Positions 61,701-63,618 of a stretch of 64,000 bases of DNA are shown here, one piece after another. The position numbers were made by a program, and so were the translations under genes. The stretch comes from Elusimicrobiales bacterium (GTDB lineage Bacteria; Elusimicrobiota; Elusimicrobia; Elusimicrobiales; UBA9959). The stretch is from NCBI GenBank assembly GCA_036171915.1, contig JAVHRY010000138.1, forward strand, positions 2,890-66,889, written 5' to 3'. Every line of letters starts with the position of its first letter. Positions within the stretch are counted from its first letter, which is position 1. The notes under the pieces are model-generated. The model saw only the letters and a program-made list of their open reading frames with translations, was not told the origin of the DNA and did not search any database.

Positions 61701-62990
61701 GGCAGTAACCGTGGTATCCACCGTGCTGCCGTTGGTCCAAGAACCGGCGGCTGAAGTTAGAGAATGAATGAACTCATAGCCGCTGACCTGGCTGGCCTGC
61801 GACCTCACCATGTAGCTCTGAGTGGGGACCGCGGTAGAATTCACGTTTGACCCGACAGGAAGGGCCGTGGCCGTGGCGCTGTTAAAAGTGCCGACTATGC
61901 GGTTGTATATTTCCTTGATGGTAATGCCCTCTTCGCGCAGGTATATGGGCTGGGAGAATACCGCGGTAGTAAGGGCTGCCGCGCCCTGCCCCAGGTAATA
62001 GCGGACCGTCCGCAGCTGCGTGGCGGCCGCGGCGTCCGCCTCATAGGTTATAACAACCTCGCCGCCAAGCGTGGCGATGGGGCTCTGCACGGTAACCAGG
62101 TTGACGGTCTGCAGCGTATTGGCCGCGAACCCGGCGACCACAGTAGACGAAGAAAGATAGGTGAACTGGTACGAACTCTGCAGGCTGCCTTCCAGATAGG
62201 CGGTAGGCTCGGCGGCCGAGACCCCGATCTTGGCATAGATCTGGCCGTCCGTATTGGAAGCGTTGCTCTGCCTGAACCCGCGCACTTCGAACCACTGCTG
62301 CTGGATGGCGCTCAGGTCCGGCAGGTCGGCCTGGTACTGCATGGCGTGGGTGCCCGCGTTCTGTATGGCCGCAAAAGCGGCTATTTTATTGGAGTAATCG
62401 GAATACAGCGGGAAACGCACCGTCTTTACCTGTATGGGGGAAATTACCGGGTCGTCCTCGTACTCATAGGTTATATACAGCTTCATCACCTGGGTATTGC
62501 AGGTGGCCCCTGTCAGGGTAACTGCGCCGGTAAACACCTGCCCGGCGGTAAGGGTTCCCGCCGCCACCGCGGCGGTAACGTCGGCCCTGGCAAAAACTTT
62601 TATGGACTCGCCGCTGTTCGTGGTATAGGCCCCCGAGGTAAAGCGCGCCGTGGTGGCCGTGGCTCCGGCGTTGAAATAAACGTTCAGCGCGGTGATGGCG
62701 GCGGCCGAAGTAACGCCTTCGAACTCCAGCCAGGCGCTCCTGACGGTTTTGCCGCCCTCGGGCAATTTTACGGTCTGGGATTTAAAAGTAAATTTGGCGG
62801 CGGACGCAATGTTGGCCGTAGCGTACCTGCCGCCGAAATTATATTCTACCGTCTTTATGCGGGTTTCGGCTTGCGCCTGGGGCGCGGAAAGGAGCATGGA
62901 GAAGAACAGCAATAACGGGGCAAAAGAAAGGCCGCGCAGGCTTAAGCCGCGTTTTACGCCTCCTTTCTTTTTATCGCTCCGGAATTTCAT
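34779..62990 (-). CDS. giant secreted repeat protein (9,403 aa); function unknown, surface fibre/adhesin-like
   Basis: One uninterrupted ATG-to-TGA frame of 28,212 nt with an N-terminal Sec signal peptide. It is modular, with extracellular-type composition throughout (see sub-features). Antisense and other-frame ORFs inside it are short and R/G/P-rich, as expected for GC-rich non-coding frames. Confidence 0.9.
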   Translation of the reverse strand: MKFRSDKKKGGVKRGLSLRGLSFAPLLLFFSMLLSAPQAQAETRIKTVEYNFGGRYATANIASAAKFTFKSQTVKLPEGGKTVRSAWLEFEGVTSAAAITALNVYFNAGATATTARFTSGAYTTNSGESIKVFARADVTAAVAAGTLTAGQVFTGAVTLTGATCNTQVMKLYITYEYEDDPVISPIQVKTVRFPLYSDYSNKIAAFAAIQNAGTHAMQYQADLPDLSAIQQQWFEVRGFRQSNASNTDGQIYAKIGVSAAEPTAYLEGSLQSSYQFTYLSSSTVVAGFAANTLQTVNLVTVQSPIATLGGEVVITYEADAAAATQLRTVRYYLGQGAAALTTAVFSQPIYLREEGITIKEIYNRIVGTFNSATATALPVGSNVNSTAVPTQSYMVRSQASQVSGYEFIHSLTSAAGSWTNGSTVDTTVTANAASGAPGGELIITYTSANEAAHTTYYEALAGSNTVNTAKAYTSYVGLYHPEAYGTDTMRGTYVYANVLSTGGAAFTDTVNFNGNGPQTVNHRSITETTTISRFYQNMSPVTSTTTLVKVNYAGSANSVLGGRVGVTYTFVPYPKLPVSPAQYAGGSGLTTGGWTNNRAITFEGVLASSMNADNLALVAEIKPNASAFDGIGLSTGGFSVYGGSPLTVNLSSANITSGSQYKWRVAALGDGGRGGWINFAAPSFGVDYSSPPAPAMAAILPVNNANLNNGSPALSWEAVADIDGSGLKNYEVQLATAADFTTVTFSSAPLAAAAAPAGLAQNPYFWRVRALDNAGNTGLWSATRAFRVDLSTPVITGRMGTGDQVWRNTNNGVYNVDFDDAGGSLISKFQVRATSGTGQTGTDFGGGWVDAVLNVNATYYYTDWALPAGFWTSLASWTTNYISVRAVDYSSNTVTLSDAFKVLKDTVAPTFTNGEAGGDLVWRNIGKSYNVDFADPYSRLAGAVYAARTAAGGAGAMQISTTAIPGVSGASYATDWALNFAGLAGDATNYISIELYDIAGNTTTITDAFKVLKDTTPPAYVNGEAGGDSVWRNTGRNYNFDFSDGASRLAGAKYAARANPGGTPPVLVASTTIAGVTGAAYTADWPVAFASLGGDNTNYISVEFYDVAGNTTSVVDAFRILKDTTPPAVPSLISPADGYKTNLANLAFDWGDSADSASRTANYLLQLATSTDFTTISYSSQPAVSAAFVPLAAQTTYYWRAASNDTAGNVSAFSAYRSLLVDLSTPTITDGQAGDTRWRNSNNGLYNITFNDAGGSLLSYFQVKVTSGPSQTGTLLSDWTSVATGINSAGYGSAWALPTAVWDNIPSGTTGYVSVRVFDNVNNSSTSVNDLFYVLKDTVPVVITDAQAGDDAWRNANPGGIYNVAFADAGGSKLDSIQYTAYPGAGQTGVKKIDWTFISSGPANLSSYPGPWGISVSSWPALAEGINYISVRAWDVAGTTTALNDVFYVYKDTTAPYAQNLQAGGDAAWQKDPGKLYDVKFYDTGGSLLNTVEYSVWSEPGQKGTPRKGWNPIAAPPLGAASYTSPWSVDFAALAEGAATNYVSVRFTDLAGNTSTYADAFYISKDKTLPVVADNQFGDDNWRNSSGTVYAVGFTDAGGSLLSNFEIKITTGSGQTGTLVQDWAVQQGSINSASYPGPWKLTQAQWNALPAGISYVSVRVNDNAANQQGKDDVFYILKDTSAPSVTDSQPGDANWRDANTGVYNVSFADIGGSLLSGFQVKAATGPAQTGTLAADWTDAVTGIDAVSYPGGWQLPAPVWSLLRSGTNYISVRAMDYAGSTTALSDVFYVLKDTSVPVITDGQSGDNTWRRFGGTTYTVSFGDADSGLASVSYEAWSGPGLTGTNPVTPTVIPGAAGPSFAAPWTVDFNLLAQGTNYISVAAVDGLGHSASLPDVFYVLKDNVSPTITDNQAGDNTWHNSDPGAVYNVDFGDLTAGLTTAQYRITSLPAQSGTVIRDWTNIVSAPAGVAAYTANWGVDFLAIPSGTTGYVSVRAYDKADNPAQVNDAFYVLKDTVAPSIVIVSTPTKGFGPYSVNPAAIFNVDFFDGGGSGIAAPQYMVSTSPAGAGTPVKDWTNIATLAGATYYTQNWDVDFYALELLPATNYFSVRATDLAGNTSTYLDAFKVFRTTHPISIIVNQSGDSVWRTSDNGFYNVDFESNDPGVDLSSFSIQAWTQPGRTGVMTADFTKAGDLPGQSYYADWALPAGFYNSLYETTNYITVRAWNVAGTSMTLEDVFYVKKDTTPPAISDLQNGDDVWRSAAGSVYNVDFADAGSRLTQAQYRISTGTLQTGILIKDWTDIFTTPAGQASYTTNWPVDFAALQSWTSGYVSVRAYDQAGLSSSRNDVFYVRKDTTPPVFANNQPAASAYLSGNTGLYNVDFTDPGQESGLLRYQLRASTHTGNYAPYLLDWTDSGNLSGGSYTADWPLQADIWDSIPSGVTAYISVKVFDAALLSSSTYDAFTVWKDTAQPEVVVNQAGDDIWRLTDPGAVYDVDFRDLESGAATAQYRLYSQPGQAGALLKDWTDIFNIPGGTKSYTANWGVDLASAVEGPNYVTVRVFDRGGLSANAQDAFYVLKDTTPPVIVNNQAGDNAWQGSPGAAYNVDFFDRASGLSTLQYRVSTAPALAYPISAWQTVDVLTGYPTYYTDNWSVLFSTLAENVTNYISVRAYDQRNLVSVSSDVFRVFKDVTMPTIADNQPGDDAWRNSSGTLYNVGFADAGGSLLDKFQVRLVSGQNQLGTVIADWTDVAFGINSSAYPGPWTLTYGLWSALPEGQTYVSVRAYDKAGNDRETSDVFYVRKDVTPPVINNYQGGDGAWRSANSAVYDVRFADAGGSLLDQVQVKITTGTGQTGTVLADWTPVLTGLNAASASAPWPLTAGLWDAIRSGVTAYVSVAALDNAGSSSTLTDAFYVLKDTVPPAVNNSQAGDSVWRNSDSGGYSVAFTDLGGSLLSKVQLKASTGTAGTGASAFGWTDNVTGLDSSSYPGPLAMAPGLWQLLLPGTNYISLRVYDNAGAYADLGDAFYVLKDTQNPSGAVSPPAYTGSLNFSVPYSAADAGPAGVQYVKLYYTYATQVPYAWTQFGSTFNFSPIAFTAPSGGAAGFRLIVYDKAGNRDETDPPGTDTAPEAVTSVDLTAPSVVKNLTGDAAWRNSPGTLYNVDFSAAGGSLLSAAQYKVTSAGSQGGAVLKDWTNIAVNINAADYTADWPVDFSALKSSFNYVSVRAWNLAGTTTTANDVFYIKKDTEAPLFANNQPGDNNWRSSDPGAVYNVGFTDGFSLLSKAQYSASSAPGTASGDLVGWTDIAAGISAPAYANPWGVDFSALNSGATAYISARAYDLAGNAAVSTDVFYVLKDTVPPAAANNQAGDNVWRPANTGVYNVHFDDAGGSRLSKAQYNIWSSTGRAGTEIAAWTDISPSPSGLNSYVTDWALSAGSFALLAPGTNYVSVRVIDYAGSTTTLEDAFYVRKDQAGPAIINNQTGDNTWRAANTGLYDTDFSDLLSGLGSFQVKVTTGLNQSGTVLSDWTQGSALSGQVYTPNWALPAAVFTAMREGVNYVSVRALDSVANSSTLNDAFYVYKDTTGPSITNNQAGDNTWRGANTGVYNVDLADDKSLAAKLQVKAMTGPGQTGALVFDWTDAVTGINAASYTTDWALPPGLWPLLAQNTNYISVRAYDMGGSTSSLTDAFYVRKDTVPADAVSALAGVKGAEGQIAVSWTAPDDGGAAAVGYVVKVSSYINVSGANFDTADTYAQAWVPVAPGFPESYNLTGLEPDTLFYIAVKSVDKAGNLSGVSNTASAVSGPDATPPGAITDLAAQHGGFDGQVSLSWTAVGDNGVSIGTATAYQVRYRTDQTIATPGLWDSASVYDQAWVPQYPGVTEAQGIDGLTAGTTYYWAVKAVDDAGNTSALSNSPGAYAAVGGGTGGNIMYGVGTTNIPMVNTWAPPSFGTANNGATTSALATSVMRHIITRASPLRNEKMAGILSSDGVLQIQRYNGRQGTWTNEWSATDITAANSAYRGFDIAYEQNSGRAVVLYNSSTNGQLKYNIYDGSSWTGVQTVAAGDPARAALWVRLEARPKADELMAAFSNATSSRLTAMHWSGSAWDNTTQIVPSLGLTTYQNFDLAWESLSGRCLISYGGTAVTGKVITQIWTVSSWALFNSTEFTFIGANGNANWVRLAADPNSNYIGATAIDSGRDWNAAIWDGSGWYPSATENANAARNANQARTIDAAWESKSGKFIVASAARFTNTVLYSYWSPAGGWATTLAAAYSVGNWTGLVNGVQLEPDSKTNAVMLTAWSASSDLRSAAWSGSVFTLNPVAHTTTLSANTYMPAMLAIHRHDIVPPTVTDNQPGDDAWRGANTGVYNIDAADTGGSHLRGIQTKIYSGPNQTGQLLEDWTTQVSTSGVDSYTPDWPLGAGTWAAMKEGYNYVAVRSTDGSDNVSLNPVTDAFYVKKDTTPPTVPALLLPADGAFLKNPVVYFDWGNSSDLASGVNNYELQVATSVDFTTPVYSASPSVSESTSAVLPSALYYWRARAADLVGNGSAYTSAYTVLVDTVLPVTVNGQSGDNAWRNASGTAYAVGFTDAGGSLLDSAGYSVYSSTGRTGAQLVPFAAGPIASGIASPSYAAPWSLSPANWALLQNGTNYVSVQSYDRAGNLTVTNDVFYIRKDAQAPVITDNQPGGDSWLASAGTLYNVDFADAGGSLLDRFQLKITSGPNQSGTVLANWFDRVTGINAVSYTDDFALGASTWAALPEGQSYVSVRAYDGAGNVSLLNDVFYVRKDTSAPSAVAPVSPASGTITNNANVTFDWSDASDSGSGVYGYEVYVATSSDFAVVYSSALKTLSQYSQTMASGGYYWRARALDNAGNYGNYSSTWAVRVDTAPPSVQNNQAADNAWHSSNPGAVYNVAFADTGGSHIESLEYSAWSGPGLTGANATPWTIITSTPLGADAYGAAWGVNFGLLGDGTNFISVRVWDAAGSTVTAPDVFYVKKDVYAPNIVDNQPGDDAWRAVPGAQFDVDFQDTGASLLSNFQLKIMSGPNQTGGLISNWFDRAAGLNAAAYTDNFDLGISTWLNLPQGVSYVSARVYDNAGNSAALDDVFYIKKDTTPPGITDSQSGDDAWRASNTGLYDVSFADSGGSKLSYFQVKAATGAAQTGLVTADWTTVAAGIGADLYPGGWALPASVFDSLASGLNYISVRAYDNAGLSSALSDVFYVRKSTAAPRVADNQAGDDTWRSAPGTLYNVHFEDAGASGLSAAQYKVTSLPGQNGTLIKDWTYIASNINSPAYNSDWSVAFSALAENGTNYVSVRVWDVSGATTTASDVFYVKKDITAPSIANGQSGDDTWRSVNNGAYNVHFADAGGSALSRFEVKLTTGPAQTGTLVADWYAPVSGINANAYPYDWALAASTFTALPEGVGRVSLRVYDNAGNMSEQDDAFYVKKDTTPPSAPSLLSPSDLAPAATLGPLFDWSDSSDGSSGIYGYSLEVSTAAGFAPPAYSAAPSVSQQTGALSAGTTYYWRVKAADNAGNYSGYSSSFRVIADTVPPVITDYQSGEAFWRNSGGGATYNVTFADNLTGLDTMEYSAWSGPGQTGANSLAWTLISSGTPRLAYSVPWGVNFALLGAGTNYISARAWDVAGSTAVRADLFTVLKDTYGPDIINNQAGDAVWRAANPGAVYDVDFRDLYSGVATIQYRVNSLPAQGGATLVDWSDLASGLNVQLYGANWGLSAANWNLLAQGTNYVSVRVYDRLGQLTTLPDAFYINKDTTAPTVADNQANIPLAASQADVDAVNVTFADTGGSLLSKAQYSAWTAPGRAGGEIIPWTDIAANINAPAYTAAWPVNYLALPNLATSYISVRAYDLAGNTTYYNDALSIYKEGSGPSIINGQAGDNAWRNLNDGLYNVDFQSESGYNLNYFQVTAATSAAAPAYLVAWTSAAWNIGSTAYSANWALPQAVFDALAPGKNYISLRVYDLQPSFSVLNNAFYVLKDTSPPSLGLNQGGDTAWQGAAGKAYNVSFYDALSGLATAQYRITSQPAQGGAVLKDWTDIASPGGAASYTAPWPADFAALQEWATGYVTVRAFDLLAQSSAAADAFYILKDTTPPSAVAAVSPADKAAYSTATAAFDWTDASDLRSGAAGYVLEASLYQDFSSVYASSVTAVSQASLANVADGNYYWRARAFDRAGNYSADMATRAFTVDTSSPLISNNQVSPTAWLVADPGAVFNVDFRDLTSGVTTAQYRVTSAPAGAGTVLKDWTDLLSSTGTLYAPADWALDFAALAEGLNYVSVRAFDRVALSSAAADAFVVRKDTSAPSVTVVQAGDNVWRRTSGTLYDVNFEDLGAGLATAQYRITSQPAGGGSVLKDWTVIFTAAGAASYPADWPVDFFTLAETATNYVSVRAYDMLGSSRTANDAFYILKDITNPAIQDNQPDDNVWRAADPGPVYNVGFTDLGGSKIDRFQTRITSGPAGTGTVIRDWTDRLTVNATYYSLPWGPDFSTLNEGPNYVSVRVYDNAGNSAQQADVYSVRKDTTPPSVLNGQAGDNVWRSANTGLYSVHFQDAGGSGMDYFQVKATTDAAAHGTPLFDWTTLASGINAQSYTADWQLTSQMWSLLSSGTSYISVRAWDGAGSSSATVGAFYIRKDTQAVSLTDNQTGDDAWRSLNNGLYKISAAALGGSPLDRFEVRSSTLPGNLGPFTSGWTAAVTGLNAYAYSTDWPLPAAAFNAMLSGYYNYVSVRAYNQAGFYAELPDVFYVFKDTVAPQVANNAAGGDLAWRNGPGTVYNINLADAGGSLLSGLEVRASTNAGTGPYLFNWTVIQAGINSGSLTGGFALPASSFTLLMENVTNYISLRAYDVAGNTSTVVDAFFVLKDTTPPALAGSQAGDSYWRRSSGTVYNVTFTDTGGSRLSKVQLRASPNSGTLGPWYFDWSDALTGINSDSYASGLPVPQGLWDLLGEGTNYISVQVWDAAGSTFAYGVQPFFILKDTTTPFFANGEAGGDAAWLNAGRNYNLDFNDAMSGLAAFEYSASTAQASADGGVKGWTTIAAPGGGLSYTADWPVDFAALREGVTNYISVRAWDIAGSTAVLKDAFFIKKDTTPPTAVSSQAGEFSWRNSNGGAYSVSFGDTGGSRISRFQLKASTGPGGTGITAFDWTDNITAINANTYSVPWPLSLGIWNGLADSATNYVSVRVWDNAGSSYTITDAFRVLKDTTAPSIYDNQAGSDTWRDVSGSLYDVDFADGGSGVSSAAYAAWTGPGQTGSPVKGWTQIFAAPTAAYTADWPVDFNNLAPGLNYISVRAWDAAGNQAEAGDVFYVKKDTAAPVITDLQNGDTTWYRLNPGPVFNIDFADASIGVSSAAYEAWAGPGHTGGQVLPSTPIFSGPPMSSYTQDWGVYGADWLLLPPGTSYITVTAWDALGHSSAAVDVFYILKDTVPPSAITTLASLAKTGPAGEGDLYARWNAPGDNALIGNASYYLIRYGTDAFADQAAFDAASVYVSTLAPKAAGSLEGLTMSGLTAGVTYYIAVEGVDKAGNMGPLSNMTSTYAGVDQTPPGAISDLSAAMADFQGQIALAWTAPGEGVKGFTNAGTATSYIVRYSTALITAGNFSAPAVSTFTQEWIPLAYGQAESRVMDGLVPGTTYSIAIKAVDEMGNAGAISNVPTSSATPAGAAAGMIVYGSGASTIPKYRSWTPETWHAETDAAATAANVLWTELKSVSVVANSKLGGFLASDNSLKFLNWDGLNSSWTDVTPSPAPAPGGSATRKFDLAPENLSGRMLAAYYNGAAGAVTYAVWSATSSAWVAPPASLPLASLTGVINWVRLKPMPGTNRILLMALDANSDITAAVWNGSAWVSNQNLTTAASIATEECFDGDWESLTGNALALWGTGVTTNYRIWRSTSAAWETVKTGPAIAAAGNWLRLAADPTTNRLGMTSINGSSTWAAAIWRPTLTVEAWSALPTSGTGRANASRIADAAWEAQSGKFMTAAVTSANPTRLTYATWLNGAWTPATLSGATVNTNTTFAGNINWLALVPDPNTSKITAMGIDTLGILKTTLWGGSAWAGTTASSNFQHTTTLSDFNHESAALAFDRQDPVPPTVIDNQPGDDNWCNTRVAYNIDATDPGGSHLASIQTRIFSQAGGGGTLLQDWTDQVSGINSDSYSADWPLTQGTFDLLPQGQNYVAVRARDNAGNYSSYILDAFNVQKDTVPPTITNNLDAGYDSAWHNSDQGPGYDVDFADVGGSQLRSLEYSASSGPSQTGIQTLDWTVISSGTLGSLSQANWALSFALLGNGTNYISVRAIDNAFSTTTLVDAFKVLKDTQPPAAIAGLAAAAGPVRGSVQLSWAAPGDDGAAGDDNGGYYVVKSATFQITTDALFSAASTYAQAWSPAAAGQPEARVLYGLDTGKTYYFAVKTGDKAGNISALSNQAAAQPQISNVYINEVYPSGAAAADDWVELYNNTASTFSLAGWKLVYDQGTIALPGLEVTAWTGAAVDRSSVNAAFLIVPSYNLNGAQSYHVILKDAGGNVVDRVQWPALSSGRSFARITDGNADYFDADPTPTPGYANAIATDPVKINEISYGAPAGQFIELYNKGTSSPTLAGYSLRGSYNGRFRFTRKIYAGSYALIDQSAVSDEALPYASVFGPSGLSAAGDFVVLENAAGQAVDRVVWQSGAAYSLRDYKAALVSAADWAPANASYSIGRTPAEGSDTGYNSADFAVEASSTPASRNNGAGLAAANALSYPAASQILPARFPLRLTLGAASTWGTGNNMVFTRTGGTADPYSPHIYRLENIGFNLADTMAEQATSQYGMSFQDQDGRPLVNGALYKLILNSDTGSVSARQTERAGLTYDASVHAVNAAAAAPQRLGEQAAAAVVRLDVQNNSPAGYNSVELASITVRISSADLIAPLSTAEARNLFRSISLVKDSAVGLSGVYESGIDEQVAVSLQNPDITLDGSGALTLSVAVPAAAQTQAASTAAYYVVFEAAQYASTQAPNTFRVSLDPAAGVVLRDSPSAEPQAFAYGAAVQTDSTTIIVPAAPPAGTSWPYDAGAQAGIVSLLDYYDGDGAPSITPSVYIAALDGNLRAVTAAGNPKWTFKTSPLAPVKTSPLMLVESAGVYLYFAAGNGDVYKLRDNNFSAQQVWKRQLGVPVDSNLVDSGDKLYLGASDARVYCLNKGDGSDCAGWTYDAGFTAAVSGTLALDDRTPGVNASWAGLMDGNVLRFRTSDGVVTSTLQTGGAIQSSPYAEAAYLGGNNLYVTSTDKKLYARTSANLTTLPPHWSDFNSGAPIRTSPFLSALADGNTYVFFGNDAGGLYKVNASSGTGGLLFRAGGAIRSSPVVVSSGMIAGVWQDYAYFGCDDGNIYAVDANTGQLRDGWPVATGGPVRADLVIDPFTTFTLMVGSGDGKTYVLYIGP
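34782..35810 (-). other. C-terminal PQQ-like beta-propeller of the giant protein
   Basis: Blade-like units are GNLRAVTAAGNPKWTF, GDVYKLRDNN...QVWKRQL, ARVYCLNKGDGSDCAGW, KKLYARTSAN, GGLYKVNASSG and GNIYAVDANTGQLRDGW. The protein ends ...GDGKTYVLYIGP with no CTD-like tail. Confidence 0.6.
36825..37725 (-). other. two tandem lamin-tail domains (LTD) in the giant protein
   Basis: VYINEVYPSGAAAADDWVELYNNTASTFSLAGWKL... and VKINEISYGAPAGQFIELYNKGTSSPTLAGYSLR... fit the LTD opening pattern INE(V/I)....(D/G).(W/F)(V/I)ELYN.....(L/F)..(W/Y).L. Later strands are also present (GDFVVLENAAGQAVDRVVW / HVILKDAGGNVVDRVQW). Confidence 0.7.
38064..38728 (-). repeat. giant protein repeat array 3: two further copies of the ~110-aa module
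   Basis: IDNQPGDDNWCN...AFNVQKDTVPPTI and TNNLDAGYDSAWHN...AFKVLKDTQPPAA. Confidence 0.75.
38728..40010 (-). other. ~427-aa Trp-rich blade-repeat module B (paralogue of module A)
   Basis: It runs from GMIVYGSGASTIPKYRSWTPETW... to ...FDRQDPVPPTV. It has the same unit pattern as module A (WVRLKPMPGTNRILLMALDANSDITAAVWNGSAW; WLRLAADPTTNRLGMTSINGSSTWAAAIW; WLALVPDPNTSKITAMGIDTLGILKTTLWGGSAW). Confidence 0.55.
40010..40718 (-). other. FN3 pair B of the giant protein
   Basis: ...GDLYARWNAPGDN...YLIRYGT...LTAGVTYYIAVEGVDKAGNMG... and ...GQIALAWTAPGEG...YIVRYST...LVPGTTYSIAIKAVDEMGNAG... Confidence 0.7.
40719..49975 (-). repeat. giant protein repeat array 2: ~24 copies of the ~110-aa module with four interspersed FN3-like (FDW.D..D..SG...Y.L.V...DF......YYWR..A.D.AGN) inserts
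   Basis: Manual parse as for array 1. The FN3-like inserts follow copies 25, 27, 32 and 37 in my numbering. Confidence 0.8.
49975..51250 (-). other. ~425-aa Trp-rich blade-repeat module A (candidate beta-propeller/lectin-like; unassigned)
   Basis: It runs from GNIMYGVGTTNIPMVNTWAPP... to ...AIHRHDIVPPTV. Internal recurring units are W(V/L)RL(E/A)(A/P).P......(A/M)......D(L/W).AA.W.GS.W. Confidence 0.55.
51250..51923 (-). other. FN3 pair A of the giant protein
   Basis: ...GQIAVSWTAPDDGG...YVVKVS...LEPDTLFYIAVKSVDKAGNLS... and ...GQVSLSWTAVGDNG...YQVRYRT...LTAGTTYYWAVKAVDDAGNTS... Confidence 0.7.
51924..60630 (-). repeat. giant protein repeat array 1: ~24 copies of the ~110-aa module (plus one FN3-like and one Ig-like insert)
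   Basis: I parsed the translation by hand. Modules are delimited by D(A/V)FYV(L/R/K)KDT(T/V)(P/A)P and contain NQ(A/P)GD..WR....G.YNVDF.D.GGS.LS..Q.K...G..QTG....DWT......(S/A)Y...W.L.......L..G.NY(I/V)SVRA.D.AGN. On the + strand this shows as recurring tccttcagcacgtagaa(a/c)(a/g)cgtc-like strings about every 330-340 nt. Confidence 0.8.
61270..62867 (-). other. N-terminal region of the giant protein: four paralogous ~130-145-aa modules
   Basis: Each module opens with (K/R)TV(E/R)(Y/F) and closes with GG..(I/V)(I/V)TY(E/T): ...QVMKLYITYEYEDD; ...LGGEVVITYEADAAA; ...PGGELIITYTSANE; ...LGGRVGVTYTFVPYP. Boundaries are approximate. Confidence 0.5.
62868..62990 (-). other. signal peptide of the giant protein (aa 1-41)
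   Basis: MKFRSDKKKGGVKRGLSLRGLSFAPLLLFFSMLLSAPQAQA|ETR: a strongly basic n-region, a hydrophobic core and an AQA-E cleavage-type site. Confidence 0.75.
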
Positions 62991-63004
62991 AAAGATTTTA
63001 ACCG

Positions 63005-63445
63005 CTATTCTTCAGCCGCGCCGCCCTGGTCTTTAAACTTGCCCGGTTTTTTTTCTTCTTTGCGCCGTTCCTCTTCCTTCATCATTTCCACTATGTCCTG
63101 CACGGTCAGGCCGACCAGCCAGTGGTTAACCTCCCCGCGCAGCGTCTCGTAAAGTTTTATGGAAACTTCTTTTTTAGAGGCGTCCGGGGCGCCGTTGAAG
63201 GTAAAGGCCTCCATCAGCTGCCACACGCTTATATCGTCCAGGTCCTTGCGCAGGCGGTAGCCCTTGCCCTTCTGCGATTCCACAAAACCGGCGTGCACCA
63301 GCGCCTGCAGCACCTTGTTGCAGTACGGCGCCGGCAAGCCCTGGAAACGGGAAATCTCCGCCACCTGGTTCCAGGAACCGCCATTGTTCTGCCCAAGGTA
63401 ATGCAGGCAGGCCAGGCCGTAAGCTAAGGTGCGGTTCATCTTCAT
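63005..63445 (-). CDS. Rrf2 family transcriptional regulator
   Basis: Start is set at ATG 63445 (MKMNRTLAYGLACLHYLGQNNGGSWNQVAEISRFQGLPAPYCNKVLQALVHAGFVESQKGKGYRL), a winged-HTH typical of Rrf2/BadM. No three-Cys Fe-S ligand cluster is visible. It has an acidic/basic tail (EEERRKEEKK). Its stop is 14 nt upstream of the giant-gene ATG. Confidence 0.8.
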   Translation of the reverse strand: MKMNRTLAYGLACLHYLGQNNGGSWNQVAEISRFQGLPAPYCNKVLQALVHAGFVESQKGKGYRLRKDLDDISVWQLMEAFTFNGAPDASKKEVSIKLYETLRGEVNHWLVGLTVQDIVEMMKEEERRKEEKKPGKFKDQGGAAEE

Positions 63446-63495
63446 AAAATTATCATAAAAAGGTTTTTTTCCTAAGTTCAGTCCAGCAAACAACA

Positions 63496-63522
63496 GCCAT
63501 TGGATACTTTCTATCCAATGGC
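63496..63522. promoter_or_regulatory. perfect palindrome GCCATTGGATA-N5-TATCCAATGGC; candidate Rrf2 operator
   Basis: The 11-bp arms at 63496..63506 and 63512..63522 are exact reverse complements. It lies between the candidate promoter (63574..63601) and the Rrf2 start (63445). Confidence 0.35.
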
Positions 63523-63573
63523 ATCCCAAAAAATCGGGCGGCTTAAGACAACAGAGCCGTCCTTGATATCAAT

Positions 63574-63601
63574 AGTATAGCAGGCCTATTAACCAAGTCA
63601 A
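63574..63601 (-). promoter_or_regulatory. candidate sigma70-type promoter TTGACT-16 nt-TATACT for the Rrf2/giant-gene string
   Basis: On the minus strand, TTGACT is at 63601..63596, followed by a 16-nt spacer and TATACT at 63579..63574. A 10-bp palindrome TTGATATCAA (63563..63572) abuts the -10 box on its downstream side. Confidence 0.45.
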
Positions 63602-63618
63602 GGGGGGGGCCGGGTTAC

